DNA of 64,000 nt from an uncultured Chloroflexia bacterium (lineage in GTDB: Bacteria > Chloroflexota > Limnocylindria > Limnocylindrales > CSP1-4): contig CAVVNQ010000008.1 of assembly GCA_963749705.1 (NCBI GenBank), positions 160,001 to 224,000 on the forward strand, given 5' to 3'. The notes below the pieces were generated by a model. That model saw only the letters and a list, made by a program, of their open reading frames with translations, was not told the DNA's origin and did no database searches. A program made the translations under genes and the position numbers. Numbering within the stretch: the first letter of the stretch is position 1; each line of letters starts with the position of its first letter. Positions 10,636 through 20,675 of the stretch are shown here, one piece after another.

Positions 10636-11553
10636 CTACGCCCTGGGCCGCACCGTGCCCGACGCGTCCATCGACACTGCCGTCCCGGTGACCCGGATCC
10701 CGCCGTCGGCATCCGGCACCTCGACCTCGATCAGGCCGGGTCGGCCCATCTCGACGCCCTGGCGGATCGTGAACCGGGCGGGCGGCACGAGCTCGCCCCG
10801 CCAGCGCAGGTACGCTCCGAACGCCGCGGCGGCCGCGCCGGTCGCGGGATCCTCCACGACGTTGCCGACCGGGAACGGGTCGCGTGCCCGGAAGCGGTCG
10901 ACGGCCTCGCGCCAGACCAGCTGCAACGTGGTCAGGTCGGCGGCGATCATGATCGACCGGACCCGGTCGAAGTCGTAGGCGAGCGTGCGCAGCGTGTCGT
11001 ATGAGGCAACGGCGAGGACCAGGTGGGATGCGCCTGCATAGGCCACCGCCGGCGGCAGCGCCGGGTCGAGCTGCTCGCTCGTCCAGCCCACCGCCGCCAG
11101 CACCGCAGCCACCAGGCCCGGCTCCGCGACGCGCACCCGCGGACGGACCGACGTGAGGGTCGCCCGCAGGTGGCCATCCGATCCTTGCCGAGTGTCGACC
11201 GTCACGAGGCCGTCATTGGTCTCGAACAGCAACCGACCGGGGCCGGAACGCTCGGCCAGCGCCACCCCGGCAGCGATCGTCGCGTGGCCACAGAACGGAA
11301 CCTCGGCGGCGGGGCTGAAGTAGCGGACACGGAGTGCGTTCGGCCTGCCCGTCCCGTCGGGCGCGAGGAAGGCCGTCTCCGAGTACCCGACCTCGACCGC
11401 GATCCGCTGCATCTCGGCCGGTGGCGGCAGCTCCGGCCCGATCCACACGCCGGCCGGGTTGCCGCCGGCAGGGTCGAGCGCGAACGCAGCGAGGCGAAGA
11501 AGCTCGGGTTCGCCGGACGTCAGCTCAGATTCGAGGGAGGGTTTCTCAACCAT
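10636..11553 (-). CDS. PhzF-family isomerase
   Basis: 'GGNPAGV', 'YSETAF', '[11 protein letters not shown]', '[10 protein letters not shown]', 'QGVEMGRP'. Confidence 0.9.
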   Translation of the reverse strand: MVEKPSLESELTSGEPELLRLAAFALDPAGGNPAGVWIGPELPPPAEMQRIAVEVGYSETAFLAPDGTGRPNALRVRYFSPAAEVPFCGHATIAAGVALAERSGPGRLLFETNDGLVTVDTRQGSDGHLRATLTSVRPRVRVAEPGLVAAVLAAVGWTSEQLDPALPPAVAYAGASHLVLAVASYDTLRTLAYDFDRVRSIMIAADLTTLQLVWREAVDRFRARDPFPVGNVVEDPATGAAAAAFGAYLRWRGELVPPARFTIRQGVEMGRPGLIEVEVPDADGGIRVTGTAVSMDASGTVRPRA

Positions 11554-11759
11554 GGGGGATCGCGCGCAGCGTACGTGATCGACGTGCCGCCCGCGCCCTC
11601 CGCGGCGCGATGGGCGGCCGGGTCCGCGGCCTTCGCCGTCGGGACCAAGGGCGCATCCGTAGGCGACGCTCGACCCTTTGCGTCGCATCGAGCCATTCCA
11701 AAATTGACCCCGCCGGCGCCCGGATCCCCTGGCGCGCCGTTGCCCATGGGAGTTGGAAC

Positions 11760-11984
11760 ATGTCTGAACGCCGATTGGCACGACGAAGCGGCGTCGGCAC
11801 CGTCGTCATCGCGCTGATCCTGATCTTCGTCGGCGGCTACTACGTGCTCCGCAACACGCTCGGCATCGATCTCCCCGAGCTCGATTCCGACCAGGTGGTC
11901 CCGCTGATTGCCGTCATCTTCGGCCTCGCGCTCCTGTACCGGGCGTGGCAGGAGAATGACGCCCGGGACGTCCGCATCCGCTGA
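11760..11984 (+). CDS. Small two-TM membrane protein (LiaI/LiaF-TM-like)
   Basis: MSERRLARRSGVGTVVIALILIFVGGYYVLRNTLG...VPLIAVIFGLALLY; GGGAG upstream. Confidence 0.65.
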   Translation: MSERRLARRSGVGTVVIALILIFVGGYYVLRNTLGIDLPELDSDQVVPLIAVIFGLALLYRAWQENDARDVRIR

Positions 11985-12010
11985 TCGACGCCGGCGATAC
12001 GCTGGCGCCG

Positions 12011-12469
12011 ATGCCCGAGACCAACCCTCACTTCGAGACCGCGTCGTCCTGGGAGGCGGCGCGCGCCCTGGTTGCGTTCCGGCCGGTCCGGCCGCGGGAC
12101 ACTGCCGGGTTCCGGCTGCAGTCGCTGCGGGTCCACGTGATGGATCACCGTCGCCGCCGGCTGCCCGTCGAGGCGCGCAGCCTCGAGGCGCACTACGGCG
12201 GCTTCGTCCTGAGCGAGGCGATGCATGGGCCGGACGAGGCGCGACGGCTGGTGCTCGAGGTGTCCTATGGCCGCGATGGGCGCGCCCAGGAGATCAACGG
12301 CCACGAGGGTCGCGTGTATGAGCTCGGCCCCGAGCCGGAGCCCGACGACATCGACGGCCGCCCGCCCGCCGTGGTCGTGTGGCACGACGATGGGATGCTG
12401 TACCTGGTCGCGAGCGACACGCTCCCAGTAGACCGGCTGCTCGTGATCGCCAGGTCGCTGGATCCCTGA
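12011..12469 (+). CDS. Hypothetical protein
   Basis: Protein-like composition; TACGCT -10 lies 7 nt upstream of the ATG (leaderless). Confidence 0.65.
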   Translation: MPETNPHFETASSWEAARALVAFRPVRPRDTAGFRLQSLRVHVMDHRRRRLPVEARSLEAHYGGFVLSEAMHGPDEARRLVLEVSYGRDGRAQEINGHEGRVYELGPEPEPDDIDGRPPAVVVWHDDGMLYLVASDTLPVDRLLVIARSLDP

Positions 12470-12609
12470 CGGAGCTGAGATTCGGGCGCCTGTGACGGCC
12501 GCGGCGGCCTGACGCGGCGCCGTCCTCCTGACGCGCCGCCGTCCTGTCGCTATGGTTCGGTGCCACCCGAGTGCACGCTCGGGCGTCCCCATCCGCACTC
12601 GAGGTGCCC

Positions 12610-13029
12610 ATGGCCTGGCAACCCCCGTCCGTCGGGTCGCGCGCGACGTGGACCCGTACCCTGACGGCCGATGACGTGGAGGCCTTCGCCCGCCTGTCGG
12701 GTGATCGGAACCCGCTCCACTTCGATGCCGAGTTCGCGTCGCGGACGCGCGCCGGACGGCTGGTCGTCCAGGGCGGGCTGACCACCGGGCTGTTCAACGC
12801 GCTGGTGGCGATGAAGCTGCCTGGACCGGGCAGCGTGTTCCTCCACCAGGAGTGGGACTATCCCGCCCCGGTGTTCATCGGCGACACCGTCACCGCGGAG
12901 GCCGAGGTGGTCGAGGCGCGCGCGGACAAGCCGATCACCCGCCTGCGCTGCGTCGCCCGTCGCTCCGACGGGACCGAGGTCCTTCGCGGGACCTGCCTCG
13001 TGTACACGATGCTGCCCGACGCGACCTGA
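12610..13029 (+). CDS. MaoC-family (R)-hydratase/dehydratase
   Basis: 'FARLSGDRNPLHFD', 'LPGPG', 'PVFIGDT'; GAGG RBS. Confidence 0.9.
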   Translation: MAWQPPSVGSRATWTRTLTADDVEAFARLSGDRNPLHFDAEFASRTRAGRLVVQGGLTTGLFNALVAMKLPGPGSVFLHQEWDYPAPVFIGDTVTAEAEVVEARADKPITRLRCVARRSDGTEVLRGTCLVYTMLPDAT

Positions 13030-13055
13030 CCGTGGGCAATTCCTCCCCGGCGCCC

Positions 13056-14285
13056 ATGACACCGGAGGCCGCCGGACGCTGGCGGCTGCTGGCCGTGCTG
13101 TCCGTCGGCGAGCTGCTGGCGATGTCGCCGTGGTTCAGCGCCTCGGCGGTCGCCCCGCTCATCACCCCGGCGCTGTCGCTCCACGGCCTCGACCTGCCGC
13201 TGCTCACGATCGCGGTCCAGCTGGGGTTCGTCGTCGGCGCACTGGCGCTGGCGGTGACCGGCGCGCCCGACGTCCTGCCCGCTCGGTGGCTGTTCCTCGC
13301 CGGAGCACTTGGCGCCGCTGTCGCGAACCTTGGCTTCGCCTACGCGTCGGCCGACCTCGGCACGGCGCTCGCGTTCCGCTTCGTGACCGGGCTGGCGATG
13401 GCCGGGGTGTACCCGGTGGGCATGAAGATCGTGGCCGGCTGGTTCCGGCGGGAGCGTGGGCTCGCGATCGGCATCCTGGTGGGCGCCCTGACCGTGGGGT
13501 CGTCCCTGCCCTACCTGTTCCGGTCGATCGGCGCCCTGTCGGGGCTCGACTGGCAGGCGATCGTGGCGAGCGCGAGCGTCGCCGGGATCGTGGGCGGCGT
13601 GCTCGTGGGACGCACCGTCGAGCGCGGGCCGTTCGATGTCCCGGCGCCCCGGTTCAGCGTCGAGGTCGCCCGGCGGGCCTTCGCGGAGCCGTCGGTGCGG
13701 CTCGCCAACCTCGGCTACCTGGGCCACATGTGGGAGCTGTACGCGATGTGGACCTGGATCCCGCTGTTCTTCGCCGCGAGCTTCACGGCGGCGGGGCTGG
13801 CGGATCCGGCGGCGTCGAGCCTGGCGGCGTTCGTGGTCGTCGCGGCGGGCGGCGTGGGCTGCGCCCTCGCCGGGCGTGCCGCGGACCGCGTCGGCCGGAC
13901 GACGCTCACGATCGCCGCGATGGCGATCAGCGGCTCGAGCGCGATCGCGATCGGGTTCCTGTTCGGGGCGTCGCCGTGGCTCACCCTGGTCGTCGGGCTG
14001 GTGTGGGGCGTCAGCGTGGTCGCGGACTCGGCGCAGTTCTCGGCCGCCGTCACCGAGCTGGGGCCGCCGGGCACCGCAGGCTCGGCGCTAGCCCTCCAGA
14101 CCGCGGCCGGGTTCCTGCTGACGGGGGTCACGATCCTGCTGGTCGGGGTGCTTAGCGAGGCGGACGCGTTGGGCTGGCGGCTGGTGTTCGCGCTGCTGGC
14201 GGTCGGTCCCCTGGTGGGGATCGTCGCGATGTGGCGACTCCGGGGCCGCCCCGAAGCGGCGCGGATGGCCGGCGGCAACCGCTGA
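13056..14285 (+). CDS. MFS transporter
   Basis: About 12 TM segments; 'YPVGMK', 'GYLGHMWELYAMW', 'ADSAQFS'. Confidence 0.9.
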   Translation: MTPEAAGRWRLLAVLSVGELLAMSPWFSASAVAPLITPALSLHGLDLPLLTIAVQLGFVVGALALAVTGAPDVLPARWLFLAGALGAAVANLGFAYASADLGTALAFRFVTGLAMAGVYPVGMKIVAGWFRRERGLAIGILVGALTVGSSLPYLFRSIGALSGLDWQAIVASASVAGIVGGVLVGRTVERGPFDVPAPRFSVEVARRAFAEPSVRLANLGYLGHMWELYAMWTWIPLFFAASFTAAGLADPAASSLAAFVVVAAGGVGCALAGRAADRVGRTTLTIAAMAISGSSAIAIGFLFGASPWLTLVVGLVWGVSVVADSAQFSAAVTELGPPGTAGSALALQTAAGFLLTGVTILLVGVLSEADALGWRLVFALLAVGPLVGIVAMWRLRGRPEAARMAGGNR

Positions 14286-14314
14286 ACCGGCGCCGGCATC
14301 AACCCGCCGGGCGG

Positions 14315-14554
14315 TCAGATCGCCCTCGAGATGAGGATCGCCACGGCGAGCACGGCCCCGACCGCGGCGACCGCCGCCACGACCCGCAGCAACGGATCGA
14401 CCCACCATCGCGGCGGATCGGTCGCGCGGAATGACCGCGCCTCGGGCTCGACGCCGGTCGCGCGCCGGAGCCACGCAGCCCCGACGACGCTGCCGAGCAC
14501 GGCCGCAGCCAGCACGAGCACCGGACCCGGCAGATCCCGGAGCGCGTCCATCAC
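14315..14554 (-). CDS. Small two-TM hypothetical protein
   Basis: Overlaps the upstream oxidoreductase stop (GTGA); two hydrophobic stretches. Confidence 0.55.
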   Translation of the reverse strand: MMDALRDLPGPVLVLAAAVLGSVVGAAWLRRATGVEPEARSFRATDPPRWWVDPLLRVVAAVAAVGAVLAVAILISRAI

Positions 14555-17430
14555 CGATCCAGCCGCGCGGCCAGGACCTCGGCGAGGTGGCGCGCGCGAC
14601 GCCCATCGAGGAACTCGACCTGGGTGCGGCAGCTGAAGCCATCAGCGAGGATCGCGTCGTCCCTGCCGGCCGCCCGAAGCGCGGGGAGCAGCGCCAGCTC
14701 CGCCACGGATCGGGAGATCGCCTCGTGACCCGCCTCCGCCCCGAAGCTGCCGGCAAGCCCGCAGCACCCGCTCAGCATCGGTGACGGCTCGATGCCCGCG
14801 GCCGCCATCACCCGCCGGTCGGCGTCCGTCCCGAGCACCGCCTGCTGGTGGCAGTGCGGCTGGACGAGCGCGGTCACCGGCTCGCCGGCCGGGCCCGCAT
14901 ACCCGGCGCGGTCGAGGACCTCGGCGAACGTGGTCACCCGCCGCGCGATCGAGGCGGCGCGGGCGTCGTCGGGCAGCAGCTCGACCAGGTCCCGGCGGAG
15001 CGTCGCCGCGCACGACGGCTCGAGGACGACGATCGGCTCGTCCCCGGCGAGCTCCGGCGCCGCGACGCTCGCCCGGAGCGAGGATCGCGCCCGGTCCAGC
15101 TGGCCGGTGGTGATCCAGGTGAGGCCGCAGCAGACCGGCGTCGAGGGAACGGCCACGTCGAGCCCGGCCGCGTCGAGCACGCGGACGGCGGCATCCGCGA
15201 CCTCGGGCGTGAGGTGATTGTTGAACGTGTCCGGCCACAGGACCACGCGGTCACGGCCGCCCGGCGGCGCGATGGACGACGCCCGGAACGAGGCGACGAA
15301 CGACCGACGCGCGATCCGGGGGATGCGCCGCTCTCCGGCCATCCCGGCCAGCAACGCGAACGTCCGGCGCGCGGGCCCGAACCCGGTGAGGGCATTGACC
15401 GCGCGCGCTGCGCCGGGAACCCGGTGGACCAGCCGCAGCCAGGTCGGCAGCCAGCCCAGCGAATAGTGCGTCCGCGGCCGCCGGCGGCCGCGATAGTGGT
15501 GATCGAGGAACTCCGCCTTGTAGGCCGCCATGTCGACGCCCGTCGGGCATTCGGTGGCGCACGCCCGGCACGACAGGCACAGGTCGAGCGCGTCGCGGAC
15601 CTCGGTCGAGCGCCAGCCATCGTCGGCCAGCGACCCGGCCATCATCTCCTGGAGCAGGCGCGAGCGGCCGCGCGTCGAGTGCCGCTCCTCGCCCGTCGCC
15701 CGGTAGCTCGGGCACAACAGCGCCGCGCCCTGGCGCGACACGCAACGACCGACGCCGATGCATCGCTCAACGGCCTGGCGGAGGTCACCCCCGTCCGCGG
15801 CGTGGGCGAACGCCGGATCGAGCGAGATCAGCGTCGGCCGCGGGCTGCGGAGGTCCTCGGTGAACGGCAGCGGGTCCACCACGATCCCGGGGTTGAGCAA
15901 CCCGGCCTCGTCCCAGATCGCCTTCCAGGTCCCGAACGCGGCGAGCAGCTCGGGGCTGAACATGCGCGGCAGGAGCTCGCTCCGCGCCCGGCCGTCGCCG
16001 TGCTCGCCGGACAGCGTTCCGCCGTGGGCGACGACGAGGTCGGCTGCCGCGGTCATGAACCCGGCCAGTCGCTCGACCCCACCCGGTCGGTCGAGCCCGA
16101 AGCCAACCCGGAGGTGGACGCAGCCCTCGCCGAAGTGCCCATACGTCGTGCCGCGCAGGTCGTGGTCGCGGAGCAGCGTCGTGATCGCGGTGAGATAGGC
16201 CGCCAGTCGATCCGGCGGCACGGCAGCGTCCTCGAGACCCGGCCACGCGGGCGAGCCGTCGGGGAGCCGTGCCGCCCGGCCGGCCCCGTCCTCGCGCACC
16301 GCCCACAGCAGCCGCTGTGCGGCCGGATCCTCGATCAGCACCGCCGTCCGATCGCCGATCCGCGTGTCGATCGCCGCCGCGAGCCGCGCCGCGTGGTCGC
16401 GGACCTGGACCGGCGTGTCGCCGCCGGCCTCGACCAGCAGCCACGCTCCGCCGGCCGGCAGCAGGCCGGGATCCCGCCACGCGGCCAGGAAGCCGGCCGT
16501 CAGGCTCTCGACGGTGAGCGGGTGCTCGGGAAGCAGCGCCGGGACCGCCGAGGCGGCGGCGATGTCGTCGTCGAAGGCGAGCACCAGCAGCGCGCGGTGG
16601 GCCGGCGGCCGGACCAGCGACATCGTCGCGGCCGACACCACGGCACATGTCCCCTCGGACCCGACCAGGGCTTTCGCGATGTCGAAGCCACGCTCCGGGA
16701 GCAGCCAGTCGAGGCCGTAGCCGGAGACGCGCCGCGGCCATGCCGGCAGCTCGCGGCGGATCAGCGCCTCGTGGGTCGCGACCAGGGCGCGCACCCGGCC
16801 ATCGATCCCGGGACCGAGGGGCAGGCGTCCGGGGGGAGCGGCATCCCCCGGGCTGCCCGCCAGCCTGCGGACACCGTCGGTCGTGATCAGCTCGAGGCCG
16901 AGGACGCTCTGGGCGGTCGTCCCCCACCGGACCGAATGCGACCCGCAGGCGTTGTTGCCGATCATCCCGCCCACCGTGCACCGGCTGTGCGTGGAGGGGT
17001 CGGGACCCACGCGCAGCCCGTGGGCGGCGGCGGCCGCATTGAGGTCGTCGAGGACGACGCCGGGCTGGACCGTCGCGGTCGCCGACTCGGGGTCGAGGTC
17101 GAGGATGGCGTCGAGGTGGCGCGAGGCATCGATGACCAGGCCTCGCCCGATCGCGTTGCCCGCGATGCTCGTCCCGGCGCCACGCATCGTGATCGGCACG
17201 CCCGCCTCGGCCGCCAGCGCGACCACGGCCGCCAGCTCATCGATCGTCCGTGGCGCGACGACGGCACCGGGCAGCACCCGGTAGCTCGACGCGTCCGACG
17301 CGTACAGCGCCCGGGCCTCGCGATCCGCACGCACCTCGCCGCCGATCGTGCGTCGCAGCCGCGGCAGCAGGCCCTCGACGGCGTCGGCGAGAGCGGCGTT
17401 CGAAAGATCGGGCCCGGCGACGGCGGTGAT
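14551..17430 (-). CDS. FAD-binding and Fe-S oxidoreductase (GlcD/GlcF fusion, D-lactate dehydrogenase-like)
   Basis: 'RGAGTSIAGN', 'GGMIGNNACG', 'SGEHGDG', 'CIGVGRC', 'CLSCRACATECP', CCG motifs; first canonical start GTG 17334, but the frame is open to an SD-preceded ATC at 17430. Confidence 0.88.
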   Translation of the reverse strand: MTAVAGPDLSNAALADAVEGLLPRLRRTIGGEVRADREARALYASDASSYRVLPGAVVAPRTIDELAAVVALAAEAGVPITMRGAGTSIAGNAIGRGLVIDASRHLDAILDLDPESATATVQPGVVLDDLNAAAAAHGLRVGPDPSTHSRCTVGGMIGNNACGSHSVRWGTTAQSVLGLELITTDGVRRLAGSPGDAAPPGRLPLGPGIDGRVRALVATHEALIRRELPAWPRRVSGYGLDWLLPERGFDIAKALVGSEGTCAVVSAATMSLVRPPAHRALLVLAFDDDIAAASAVPALLPEHPLTVESLTAGFLAAWRDPGLLPAGGAWLLVEAGGDTPVQVRDHAARLAAAIDTRIGDRTAVLIEDPAAQRLLWAVREDGAGRAARLPDGSPAWPGLEDAAVPPDRLAAYLTAITTLLRDHDLRGTTYGHFGEGCVHLRVGFGLDRPGGVERLAGFMTAAADLVVAHGGTLSGEHGDGRARSELLPRMFSPELLAAFGTWKAIWDEAGLLNPGIVVDPLPFTEDLRSPRPTLISLDPAFAHAADGGDLRQAVERCIGVGRCVSRQGAALLCPSYRATGEERHSTRGRSRLLQEMMAGSLADDGWRSTEVRDALDLCLSCRACATECPTGVDMAAYKAEFLDHHYRGRRRPRTHYSLGWLPTWLRLVHRVPGAARAVNALTGFGPARRTFALLAGMAGERRIPRIARRSFVASFRASSIAPPGGRDRVVLWPDTFNNHLTPEVADAAVRVLDAAGLDVAVPSTPVCCGLTWITTGQLDRARSSLRASVAAPELAGDEPIVVLEPSCAATLRRDLVELLPDDARAASIARRVTTFAEVLDRAGYAGPAGEPVTALVQPHCHQQAVLGTDADRRVMAAAGIEPSPMLSGCCGLAGSFGAEAGHEAISRSVAELALLPALRAAGRDDAILADGFSCRTQVEFLDGRRARHLAEVLAARLDR

Positions 17431-17643
17431 GACGGCCTCCCAGGACGTGGCGATGGGTGCGCGTCAAGCGTAGGAGGGATGATCGACGTCCGTCGCGACC
17501 GCCCGCCCCGCCGGGTGCCCGTCATCGCGACCGGATCCGCGCACCAGGGCGGGGCTTGCCCGAGCCGTATCATTGGGACGCGGGCGCGCGACCGGCTGCC
17601 ATGCTCAGGCCCGCCGGATTCGTGCGTTGGCAGGACGAGCGCA

Positions 17644-18897
17644 ATGGAAGCTCCAGGCGATGCCGCCCGACGACCCCCCAGCGGGGTCAGGCGCGCGTCG
17701 CGGGCACTGGCCGTCGCGCGGATGCCACGGTTCAGGGCCAGACAGCGCCGACGGCTTCGCGACGCCGCGCGACAGGGCATGGTGTTCGTGGTTGCGGCTG
17801 CGATGCTCAACATCGCCGTGCTCGCACCGCTCCACCCAGATGCCCTGGCGGTCATCGTCGGGCTCAATGCCGCAATCGCGGTCGCCGCAACAGCCGGGTT
17901 CGCGGCCATCGCCACGGTCGCGCGGCGGCGTCCCTCGGTCGTCGTCTTTCTCGTCCTCGCCATGATCGACGTCGCCACGGTGGCCCTGGGCGTCAGTCAC
18001 CCGGTGCTCGTCGTGTTCGTCACCGGCTACCTCCTGCTGTTGCCGGTCATCGTTGCGCTCGTGGTTCCATGGCTCACCCGCGTCCACGCAACGTGGCTTG
18101 CCGCGCATGCCATCGCGATCGGGGGCTACATCGCGCTGGTGCCGCCAAGCTCCAGTGGCTTGGAGCTGGCGCCCGAGCTGCCGATCCTGCTCGTGGTGGC
18201 GACGGTCCTGAGCCTCCAGGGCCACATGGATGGGCTCCTGGCCCGCACCGAATCGTTCACCCAGATCGAGCAGATCCGGGCCCTCAACCGAGCGGCGCGG
18301 CGCAACGAGATGCGGCTCGACAGCCTGAACGTGGTGCTCGAGGAGTCTGCCCGGACGGATGAGCTGACCGGGCTCGGGAACCGGCTGAGCCTCAGATACG
18401 ACCTCGCCGGCATCCGTTCACGGATTGCACGGCACGGGGACAGGTATACGGTGCTGATGATCGACCTCGACCGGTTCAAGGCGATCAACGATCGGCTCGG
18501 TCACGTCGAGGGTGACCAGGTCCTCCGATCCGTCGCCGCATGCCTCGCGGCCGGTGTGCGAGGCGAGGACCGCGTGTACCGGTACGGTGGCGAGGAGTTC
18601 CTCGCGCTCATCCGGGTGACGAACCCCGAGGAAGCCCTGCTTGGCGCGGAGCGGATCCGACGGTCCGTGGAGGAGGTCGGCATCCCCCACCCCGCCAATC
18701 CGCCGCACAACGTGGTCACCGCATCGATCGGGGTCGCGATGATCGGGCCACAGGATCTCGGGCGAACGGACGACGCCTGGATCGCCCCGGCAGATGCCGC
18801 CCTGTTTCGCGCCAAGACGAACGGGCGAAACCGATGCGAGGTGGAGGACCCCGCACCCGGTGAACCGATCGGCATCGGGGGTGGCAGGATCACCTGA
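17644..18897 (+). CDS. Membrane-bound diguanylate cyclase (GGDEF)
   Basis: Several TMs; 'DELTGLGNR', 'IDLDRFKAINDRLGHVEGD', I-site RGED, active site GGEEF; start uncertain (17644 or 17722). Confidence 0.88.
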   Translation: MEAPGDAARRPPSGVRRASRALAVARMPRFRARQRRRLRDAARQGMVFVVAAAMLNIAVLAPLHPDALAVIVGLNAAIAVAATAGFAAIATVARRRPSVVVFLVLAMIDVATVALGVSHPVLVVFVTGYLLLLPVIVALVVPWLTRVHATWLAAHAIAIGGYIALVPPSSSGLELAPELPILLVVATVLSLQGHMDGLLARTESFTQIEQIRALNRAARRNEMRLDSLNVVLEESARTDELTGLGNRLSLRYDLAGIRSRIARHGDRYTVLMIDLDRFKAINDRLGHVEGDQVLRSVAACLAAGVRGEDRVYRYGGEEFLALIRVTNPEEALLGAERIRRSVEEVGIPHPANPPHNVVTASIGVAMIGPQDLGRTDDAWIAPADAALFRAKTNGRNRCEVEDPAPGEPIGIGGGRIT

Positions 18898-18904
18898 CGC
18901 GCGG

Positions 18905-18945
18905 TTGACGGGGTTCCGCTTGCATGCGATAGTTGCACGTGCAAC
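18905..18945 (+). promoter_or_regulatory. Pirin promoter with a palindromic operator
   Basis: TTGACG (18905), 17 bp, GATAGT; perfect 14-bp palindrome GTTGCACGTGCAAC at 18932-18945 overlapping the -10. Confidence 0.6.
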
Positions 18946-18965
18946 CACCGCTCAGGAACACGATC

Positions 18966-19976
18966 ATGCCCGCCGTCACCGTCGACGACATCACCGTCCT
19001 CCCCCGCATCCCCGTCCCCGACCCGATGGCCGCCACCCAGCGGCCCGTCCGTGGCCTGACCAGTGCGCCCAGCGCGTTCGAGGGCGAGGGCTTCCCCGTC
19101 CGGCGCGCGTTCGCGGGCGTCCTGCTCGAGGACCTCGACCCGTTCATCCACCTCGACCAGATGGGCGAGGTCGAGTACGCACCGGGCGAGCCCAAGGGCA
19201 CGCCGTGGCACCCGCATCGCGGCTTCGAGACGGTCACCTACATGCTCGACGGCACGTTCGAGCACCAGGACTCGAACGGCGGCGGCGGCGTGATCACCAA
19301 CGGCGACACGCAGTGGATGACCGCCGGCGCGGGCATCCTCCACATCGAGCGCCCGCCGGAGTGGCTGGTCGCCGCGGGCGGGCTGTTCCACGGGTTCCAG
19401 CTGTGGGTCAACCTGCCGCGGACGCAGAAGCTCGCCCTGCCGCGGTACCAGGACATCCGCGCCAGCGAGGTCGCGCTGCTGTCATCGCACGACGGCGGTG
19501 CGCTGGTACGCGTCATCGCGGGCGACGTCGCGGGCCACGCGGGACCCGGCTCGACCTACACGCCGATGACGCTCGTCCATGCGACCCTCAGCCCCGGTGC
19601 CAGGCTCGAGCTGCCGTGGCGGCCCGACTACAACGCCCTCGCCTACGTCCTCGCCGGGCATGGGACCGTGGGCGCCGAGGGCCGGCCCGCCCGGCTGGGC
19701 CAGCTGGCGGTGTTCGGGCCGGGCGATGCGCTGGCCTTCGAGGCGGACCGGGTCCAGGAAAGCCGCGCGCCCAACCTCGACGTCCTCGTGCTCGGCGGCC
19801 GCCCGATCCGCGAACCGGTGGCGTGGATGGGACCGTTCGTGATGAACACCCGCGAGGAGGTCATCCAGGCGTTCTCGGACTACCAGGCGGGACGCCTGGG
19901 ATCGGTCCCGGCGGTGCACAACGCACCCAACACGCTGGTCGAGACGCGCCGTGCCGAGGACGGATCCTCGGCCTGA
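18966..19976 (+). CDS. Pirin-family protein
   Basis: 'DPFIHLDQMG', 'WHPHRGFETVTY', 'QWMTAGAGILHIE', 'QLWVNLP', 'GPFVMNT'. Confidence 0.95.
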   Translation: MPAVTVDDITVLPRIPVPDPMAATQRPVRGLTSAPSAFEGEGFPVRRAFAGVLLEDLDPFIHLDQMGEVEYAPGEPKGTPWHPHRGFETVTYMLDGTFEHQDSNGGGGVITNGDTQWMTAGAGILHIERPPEWLVAAGGLFHGFQLWVNLPRTQKLALPRYQDIRASEVALLSSHDGGALVRVIAGDVAGHAGPGSTYTPMTLVHATLSPGARLELPWRPDYNALAYVLAGHGTVGAEGRPARLGQLAVFGPGDALAFEADRVQESRAPNLDVLVLGGRPIREPVAWMGPFVMNTREEVIQAFSDYQAGRLGSVPAVHNAPNTLVETRRAEDGSSA

Positions 19977-19992
19977 GCGCCGGAGCGTCGAC

Positions 19993-20529
19993 CTAGCCGG
20001 TCATCCGGGCGCGGCCACCCGCGTGGTAGCGGTCCATCAGCTGGGCCACCGCGTCGCGCGCCGCGCGCCACTCCTCCTGGTCCCCGAAGATGTCGGGGTC
20101 GCGGCCCCATCGCTGGAGCTGCGTCATGGCCATCACGATCGCGTTGTGCTGCGCGAGGCGGTTCCGGCCGGCATCGACCACGCCCGTGACCAGGTAGCGC
20201 CGGACCAGGTCGAACGGTGCCTGCCAGTGCCCGATCCGGATCCGATCGTGCTGCCGAAGCGTCTCCAGCCACGCGTCGTCGCCCACCGGGTATCGCTCGT
20301 GCTCGTCGACGTGGGCGTTGATGTCGAGCCGGAACCCGGGCCGGGCCATCGACGGCAGGCGGCCGTCATCGTCGGTCGACCGATAGCACACGGGGCACGT
20401 GGCCAGCTTTGCGAACTCGGGCGGGGCGTCCCCGAACCTGACGCCGCAGCGCCGGCAGATCTGGGCACCGGCACGGGTCGCGACGGTGCCGCACTGGAGG
20501 CAGACGAGATCGGCGGTCGGTGCCGGCAT
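19993..20529 (-). CDS. Hypothetical protein with N-terminal Zn-ribbon (CxxC) motifs
   Basis: CLQC, CRRC, CPVC; AGGAG RBS. Confidence 0.65.
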   Translation of the reverse strand: MPAPTADLVCLQCGTVATRAGAQICRRCGVRFGDAPPEFAKLATCPVCYRSTDDDGRLPSMARPGFRLDINAHVDEHERYPVGDDAWLETLRQHDRIRIGHWQAPFDLVRRYLVTGVVDAGRNRLAQHNAIVMAMTQLQRWGRDPDIFGDQEEWRAARDAVAQLMDRYHAGGRARMTG

Positions 20530-20675
20530 GAGGTCTCCTGGGGTCCGGGAACGGGTGGGTGGAACGCGCTCGACCCATCGTCGGGCACGACGAGGCCGGC
20601 GGCGAGCGGCGATTCGGTCCCGGTGCCCATCCCCCGAATGGGGTAAGCCGTGCTCCCGGGAGCACGCTCGTCCCC

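Noticed and set aside
14848-17643. Apparent 1349-aa GGDEF protein
   Set aside because: The first approximately 930 codons are antisense to the FAD/Fe-S oxidoreductase; only 17644-18897 is credible
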